This document shows, one piece after another, positions 56,888-64,000 of a stretch of 64,000 nucleotides of DNA. This DNA comes from Macrostomum lignano. Its lineage: Eukaryota. The stretch lies in the NCBI GenBank assembly GCA_002269645.1, contig NIVC01002056.1, forward strand, positions 1 through 64,000, written 5' to 3'. The notes under the pieces were generated by a model. The model made no database searches. It saw only the letters and a program-made list of their open reading frames with translations, and was not told the origin of the DNA. Positions within the stretch are counted from its first letter, which is position 1; every line of letters starts with the position of its first letter. Position numbers and translations under genes: made by a program.

Positions 56888-59800
56888 TTTCAGAAATGGC
56901 ACTCATAATTTCAGAAATGGCACTCATACTTTCAGAAATGGCACACATACTTTCTCAGAAATGGCACTCATACTTTCAGAAATGGCACACATACTTTCTC
57001 AGAAATGGCACTCATACTTTCAGAAATGGCACACATACTTTCTCAGAAATGGCACTCATACTTTCAGAAATGACACACATACTTTCTCAGAAATGGCACT
57101 CATACTTTCAGAAATGACACACATACTTTCTCAGAAATGGCACTCATACTTTCAGAAATGACACACATACTTTCTCAGAAATGGCACTCATAATTTCAGA
57201 AATGGCACTTATACTTTCAGAAATGGCACTCATAATTTCAGAAATGGCACTCATACTTTCAGAAATGGCACTCATAATTTCAGAAATGGCACTCATACTT
57301 TCAGAAATGGCACACATACTTTCTCAGAAATGGCACTCATACTTTCAGAAATGACACACATACTTTCTCAGAAAAGGCACTCATACTTTCAGAAATGGCA
57401 CTCATAATTTCAGAAATGGCACTTATACTTTTAGAAATGGCACTCATACTTTCAGAAATAGCACTCATACTTTCAGAAATGACACACATACTTTCTCAGA
57501 AATGGCACTCATACTTTCAGAAATGGCACTCATAATTTTAGAAATGGCACTCATACTTTCAGAAATGGCACACACTTTCTCAGAAATGGCACTCATACTT
57601 TCAGAAATGACACACATACTTTCTCAGAAATGGCACTCATACTTTCAGAAATGGCACTCATAATTTCAGAAATGGCACTTATACTTTTAGAAATGGCACT
57701 CATAATTTCAGAAATAGCACTCATACTTTCAGAAATGGCACTCATAATTTTAGAAATGGCACTCATACTTTCAGAAATGGCACACACTTTCTCAGAAATG
57801 GCACTCATACTTTCAGAAATGGCACACATACTTTCTCAGAAATGGCACTCATACTTTCAGAAATGGCACTCATACTTTCAGAAATGGCACTCATACTTTC
57901 AGAAATGGCACTCATAATTTCAGAAATGGCACTTATACTTTCAGAAATGGCACACATACTTTCTCAGAAATGGCACTCATACTTTCAGAAATGGCACACA
58001 TACTTTCACAGAAATGGCACTCATACTTTCAGAAATGGCACACATACTTTCTCAGAAATGGCACTCATAATTTCAGAAATGGCACTCATACTTTCAGAAA
58101 TGGCACTTATACTTTCAGAAATGGCACACATACTTTCTCAGAAATGGCAATCATACTTTCAGAAATGGCACTCATACTTTCTCAGAAATGGCACTTATAC
58201 TTTCAGAAATGGCACACATACTTTCAGAAATGGCACTCATACTTTCAGAAATGGCACACATACTTTCTCAGAAATGGCACTCATACTTTCAGAAATGGCA
58301 CACATACTTTCTCAGAAATGGCACTCATACTTTCAGAAATGAAACACATACTTTCTCAGAAATGGCACTCATACTTTCAGAAATGGCACACACTTTCTCA
58401 GAAATGGCACTCATACTTTCAGAAATGGCACACACTTTCTCAGAAATGGCACACACTTTCTCAGAAATGGCACTCATACTTTCAGAAATGGCACACATAC
58501 TTTCTCAGAAATGGCACTCATAATTTCAGAAATGGCACTCATAATTTCAGAAATGGCACACATACTTTCAGAAATGGCACACATACTTTCTCAGAAATGG
58601 CACTCATACTTTCAGAAATGGCACACATACTTTCAGAAATGGCACACATACTTTCAGAAATGGCACACATACTTTCTCAGAAATGGCACTCATACTTTCA
58701 GAAATGGCACACATACTTTCTCAGAAAAGGCACTCATACTTTCAGAAATGGCACACATACTTTCTCAGAAATGGCACTCATACTTTCAGAAATGGCACAC
58801 ATACTTTCTCAGAAATGGCACTCATACTTTCAGAAATGGCACACATACTTTCTCAGAAATGGCACTCATACTTTCAGAAATGGCACACATACTTTCTCAG
58901 AAATGGCTCTCATACTTTCAGAAATGGCACACATACTTTCTCAGAAATGGCACTCATACTTTCAGAAATGGCACACATACTTTCTCAGAAATGGCACTCA
59001 TACTTTCAGAAATGGCACTCATAATTTCAGAAATGGCACTCATACTTTCAGAAATGGCACACATACTTTCTCAGAAATGGCACTCATACTTTCAGAAATG
59101 ACACACATACTTTCTCAGAAATGGCACTCATACTTTCAGAAATGGCACTCATAATTTCAGAAATGGCACTTATACTTTTAGAAATGGCACTATAATTTCA
59201 GAAATAGCACTCATACTTTCAGAAATGACACACATACTTTCTCAGAAATGGCACTCATACTTTCAGAAATGGCACTCATAATTTTAGAAATGGCACTCAT
59301 ACTTTCAGAAATGGCACACACTTTCTCAGAAATGGCACTCATACTTTCAGAAATGGCACACATACTTTTTCAGAAATGGCACTCATACTTTCAGAAATGG
59401 CACTCATACTTTCAGAAATGGCACTCATACTTTCAGAAATGGCACTCATAATTTCAGAAATGGCACTTATACTTTCAGAAATGGCACACATACTTTCTCA
59501 GAAATGGCACTCATACTTTCAGAAATGGCACACATACTTTCACAGAAATGGCACTCATACTTTCAGAAATGGCACACATACTTTCTCAGAAATGGCACTC
59601 ATACTTTCAGAAATGGCACTCATACTTTCAGAAATGGCACTCATACTTTCAGAAATGGCACTCATACTTTCAGAAATGGCACTCATACTTTCAGAAATGG
59701 CACACATACTTTCTCAGAAATGGCACTCATAATTTCAGAAATGGCACTCATACTTTCAGAAATGGCACTTATACTTTCAGAAATGGCACACATACTTTCT

Positions 59801-61965
59801 CAGAAATGGCAATCATACTTTCAGAAATGGCACACATACTTTCTCAGAAATGGCACTCATACTTTCAGAAATGGCACACATACTTTCACAGAAATGGCAC
59901 TCATACTTTCAGAAATGGCACACATACTTTCTCAGAAATGGCACTCATACTTTCAGAAATGGCACACATACTTTCTCAGAAATGGCACTCATACTTTCAG
60001 AAATGGCACACATACTTTCTCAGAAATGGCACTCATACTTTCAGAAATGGCACACATACTTTCTCAGAAATGGCACTCATACTTTCAGAAATGGCACACA
60101 TACTTTCTCAGAAATGGCACTCATACTTTCAGAAATGGCACACATACTTTCTCAGAAATGGCTCTCATACTTTCAGAAATGGCACACATACTTTCTCAGA
60201 AATGGCACTCATACTTTCAGAAATGGCACACATACTTTCTCAGAAATGGCACTCATACTTTCAGAAATGGCACTCATAATTTCAGAAATGGCACTCATAC
60301 TTTCAGAAATGGCACACATACTTTCTCAGAAATGGCACTCGTACTTTCAGAAATGACACACATACTTTCTCAGAAATGGCACTCATACTTTCAGAAATGG
60401 CACTCATAATTTCAGAAATGGCACTTATACTTTTAGAAATGGCACTCATAATTTCAGAAATAGCACTCATACTTTCAGAAATGACACACATACTTTCTCA
60501 GAAATGGCACTCATACTTTCAGAAATGGCACTCATAATTTTAGAAATGGCACTCATACTTTCAGAAATGGCACACACTTTCTCAGAAATGGCACTCATAC
60601 TTTCAGAAATGGCACACATACTTTTTCAGAAATGGCACTCATACTTTCAGAAATGGCACTCATACTTTCAGAAATGGCACTCATACTTTCAGAAATGGCA
60701 CTTATACTTTCAGAAATGGCACACATACTTTCTTAGAAATGGCACTCATACTTTCAGAAATGGCACACATACTTTCACAGAAATGGCACTCATACTTTCA
60801 GAAATGGCACACATACTTTCTCAGAAATGGCACTCATAATTTCAGAAATGGCACACATAATTTCAGAAATGGCACTTATACTTTCAGAAATGGCACACAT
60901 ACTTTCTCAGAAATGGCACTCATACTTTCAGAAATGGCACACATACTTTCTCAGAAATGGCACTCATACTTTCAGAAATGGCACACATACTTTCTCAGAA
61001 ATGGCACTCATACTTTCAGAAATGGCACACATACTTTCTCAGAAATGGCACTCATACTTTCAGAAATGGCACACATACTTTCTCAGAAATGGCTCTCATA
61101 CTTTCAGAAATGGCACACATACTTTCTCAGAAATGTCACTCATACTTTCAGAAATGGCACACATACTTTCTCAGAAATGGCACTCATACTTTCAGAAATG
61201 GCACTCATAATTTCAGAAATGGCACTCATACTTTCAGAAATGGCACACATACTTTCTCAGAAATGGCACTCATACTTTCAGAAATGGCACACATACTTTC
61301 TCAGAAATGGCACTCATACTTTCAGAAATGGCACACATACTTTCTCAGAAATGGCTCTCATACTTTCAGAAATGGCACACATACTTTCTCAGAAATGGCA
61401 CTCATACTTTCAGAAATGGCACACATACTTTCTCAGAAATGGCACTCATACTTTCAGAAATGGCACTCATAATTTTAGAAATGGCACTCATACTTTCAGA
61501 AATGGCACACACTTTCTCAGAAATGGCACTCATACTTTCAGAAATGGCACTCATACTTTCAGAAATGGCACTCATACTTTCAGAAATGGCACTCATAATT
61601 TCAGAAATGGCACTTATACTTTCAGAAATGGCACACATACTTTCTCAGAAATGGCACTCATACTTTCAGAAATGGCACACATACTTTCACAGAAATGGCA
61701 CTCATACTTTCAGAAATGGCACACATACTTTCTCAGAAATGGCACTCATAATTTCAGAAATGGCACTCATAATTTCAGAAATGGCACTTATACTTTCAGA
61801 AATGGCACACATACTTTCTCAGAAATGGCACTCATACTTTCAGAAATGGCACACATACTTTCTCAGAAATGGCACTCATAATTTCAGAAATGGCACTCAT
61901 AATTTCAGAAATGGCACACATACTTTCTCAGAAATGGCACTCATACTTTCTCAGAAATGGCAATC
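56888..61965. repeat. 21/23-bp satellite (CAGAAATGGCACTCATACTTT / CAGAAATGGCACACATACTTTCT)n, ~5.1 kb
   Basis: Two unit types interspersed, with higher-order duplications. Confidence 0.99.
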
Positions 61966-63039
61966 ATACCACGTACATGTACACAGCAGATGAGACTGAC
62001 ACGCATAAATGCTCGATTTCCACATTGTCGCTCTCACTCAGTCTTGCCTGTGCTCACTCAGACAGCTGGCCCAGTTAATCCTGTCTCATCCTCGCATCCA
62101 CCTGCAGCCGCCCTACTTGCCTCGAAACCGCCCCCTCACAGAGGCAGAGCAGAGTGACAGAAGATAAGCATATTTCTCTCAGTGACTGCATCTCTGAACA
62201 GCTAGTTAGTTATTAATCGGCTTGCAAATTCTATCTTGCTCGCAGCATTAACCGCTCCGCTGATGAAGTGTAATTACTCGCTAATGCCTGCACAACTCGG
62301 ACTGAAGAGAGAGAGAGAGAGAGAGTGAGAGTGAGTCAGTAACAAGAGATATTTAGAGCTCCGATAAATAAGCAGCAGGTAAGTAATTCTGGTGTGAAGA
62401 TTAATGGAACTTCCATGATTACAATAAGTAGCTCAATATTCCAGTTTTCCAGTTTTCCATACGGCGGAACTTCTGGAACTTCAACTGGTGACCTCAAGCT
62501 TCTTCGAGCACTCGATTGGGAAGAGAACAGCCTCCTAAAAATAGGGCTCCTTCTGTTAATTTACAACTTTAGCCCGTTTGATTGACATGTTAGGCAACTT
62601 GTCATTGTTAAACAATGAGCTGGGATGCTGCAATATTGCATTAACCCCCTGCACTTGCTGGTCAAGCTTCACCCACTGATTGCCTGACTATAGCGCAAAC
62701 TTTATCAGTCTGCAGTAAGGCTTGAGAGCCTAATGGAGATCCTGCAAAAGTGCAAAGTAATTATTAAGTGTAGCATTATGGGCAGGGGCAGAGTTAACTA
62801 CAATTCCTGTCTGCCAATTATTGTCAATAAAGCTACTTAATGGAGCAGAGAGTTGATTATTCATAGTAGGCATGCTTGCTCACTACTTACTGTAAGTAGC
62901 GATAGGTGAATGTGCAGTTTCTTGGAAATCAATCTTTCGCCAGCCTCGTGATAATCTCGTGTAAAAATACCTTGACCTATTTTAGCGATATTTTCAGTTT
63001 CTACAAGCAAAACAATTTGATAACATTTAGAAGATTGAA

Positions 63040-63765
63040 AATTGAGAATCACACCTGAGTAGGTTGAGAATCACACCTGAATAGGTTGAGAATCACACCT
63101 GAGTAGGTTGAGAATCACACCTAATCAGATTGAGAATCACACATGAGTAGGTTGAGAATCACACCTGAATAGATTGAGAATCACACCTGAGTAGGTTGAG
63201 AATCACACCTAATCAGATTGAGAATCACACATGAGTAGGTTGAGAATCACACCTGAATAGATTGAGAATCACAACTGAGTAGGTTGAGAATCACACCTGA
63301 ATAGATTGAGAATCACACCTGAGTAAGGTTGAGAATCACACTTGAATAGATTGAGAATCACACCTGAATAGATTGAGAATCACACCTGAGTAGATTGAGA
63401 ATCACACCTGAATAGATTGAGAATCACACCTGAATAGATTGAGAATCACACCTGAATAGATTGAGAATCACACCTGAATAGATTGAGAATCACACCTGAG
63501 TAAGGTTGAGAATCACACTTGAATAGATTGAGAATCACACTTGAATAGATTGAGAATCACACCTGAATAGATTGAGAATCACACCTGAGTAGATTGAGAA
63601 TCACACCTGAATAGATTGAGAATCACACCTGAATAGATTGAGAATCACCCCTGAATAGATTGAGAATCACACCTGAATAGATTGAGAATCACACCTGAAT
63701 AGATTGAGAATCTCACCTGAGTAAGGTTGAGAATCACACATGAGTAGGTTGAGAATCACTCGAGA
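63040..63765. repeat. 22-bp minisatellite (GATTGAGAATCACACCTGAATA)n, ~33 copies
   Basis: 22-bp period (GAATCAC at 63421, 63443). Confidence 0.97.
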
Positions 63766-64000
63766 ACCTAATAAAAGCCTCATGTAAACTTTCCAGCCTC
63801 GCAGCGGCCTCAGAAGTTAATTAAGTCTGACTTGTTCAGCTTTTTAAGCTACACAGATCCACATCCTTGGCAAGCAGCCATAAATTTTTCTCTGCCCCGC
63901 CTTTCTCTTCATTACTCAGCTAAATCCGCTCCATACAGAAGCGGATGTCATTGTGTCAAGCTCAGGGGGAGTTTCCTTCCTTCAGGCCCGCGTGCATCCC

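Noticed and set aside
56400-56890. Short ORFs between the 21-bp arrays and the 5-kb satellite
   Set aside because: No homology recognisable by eye and no consistent splice signals

Overview
Eukaryotic (metazoan) genomic DNA, not prokaryotic: intron-rich genes are embedded in about 35 different tandem-repeat arrays that cover roughly half of the window (~31 kb by manual tally). Most long ORFs in the supplied track are artefacts of stop-free repeat units. The repeat load, GC-rich exons and gene content are compatible with a free-living flatworm such as Macrostomum (inference only, not verified). Four protein-coding loci were reconstructed by hand from splice sites and intron-phase matching. (1) A minus-strand paired-box gene (Pax3/7-type N-terminus; exons 5248-5359, 1878-2057, 1154-1349, continuing past the left edge) whose paired domain has five single-base indels. 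(2) A minus-strand TEX11/ZIP4/Spo22-like TPR gene (~20389 to 11721) that appears to lack the C-terminal TPR part and ends in a 3.86-kb disordered exon with fifteen 22-aa repeats; an upstream exon ends in a 57-bp minisatellite in which every unit carries a GTAAGT splice donor. (3) A plus-strand intronless locus (23155-25260) that is one reading frame interrupted by a single TAA and ends in a C-terminal transmembrane helix. (4) A minus-strand six-exon, 394-aa two-Ig-domain protein with signal peptide and GPI-like tail (Dpr/DIP/IgLON-like) spread over 25 kb (53800 to 28752). A tRNA-derived CORE-SINE lies at ~16620-16900. No rRNA, true tRNA, CRISPR array or autonomous transposon was seen.
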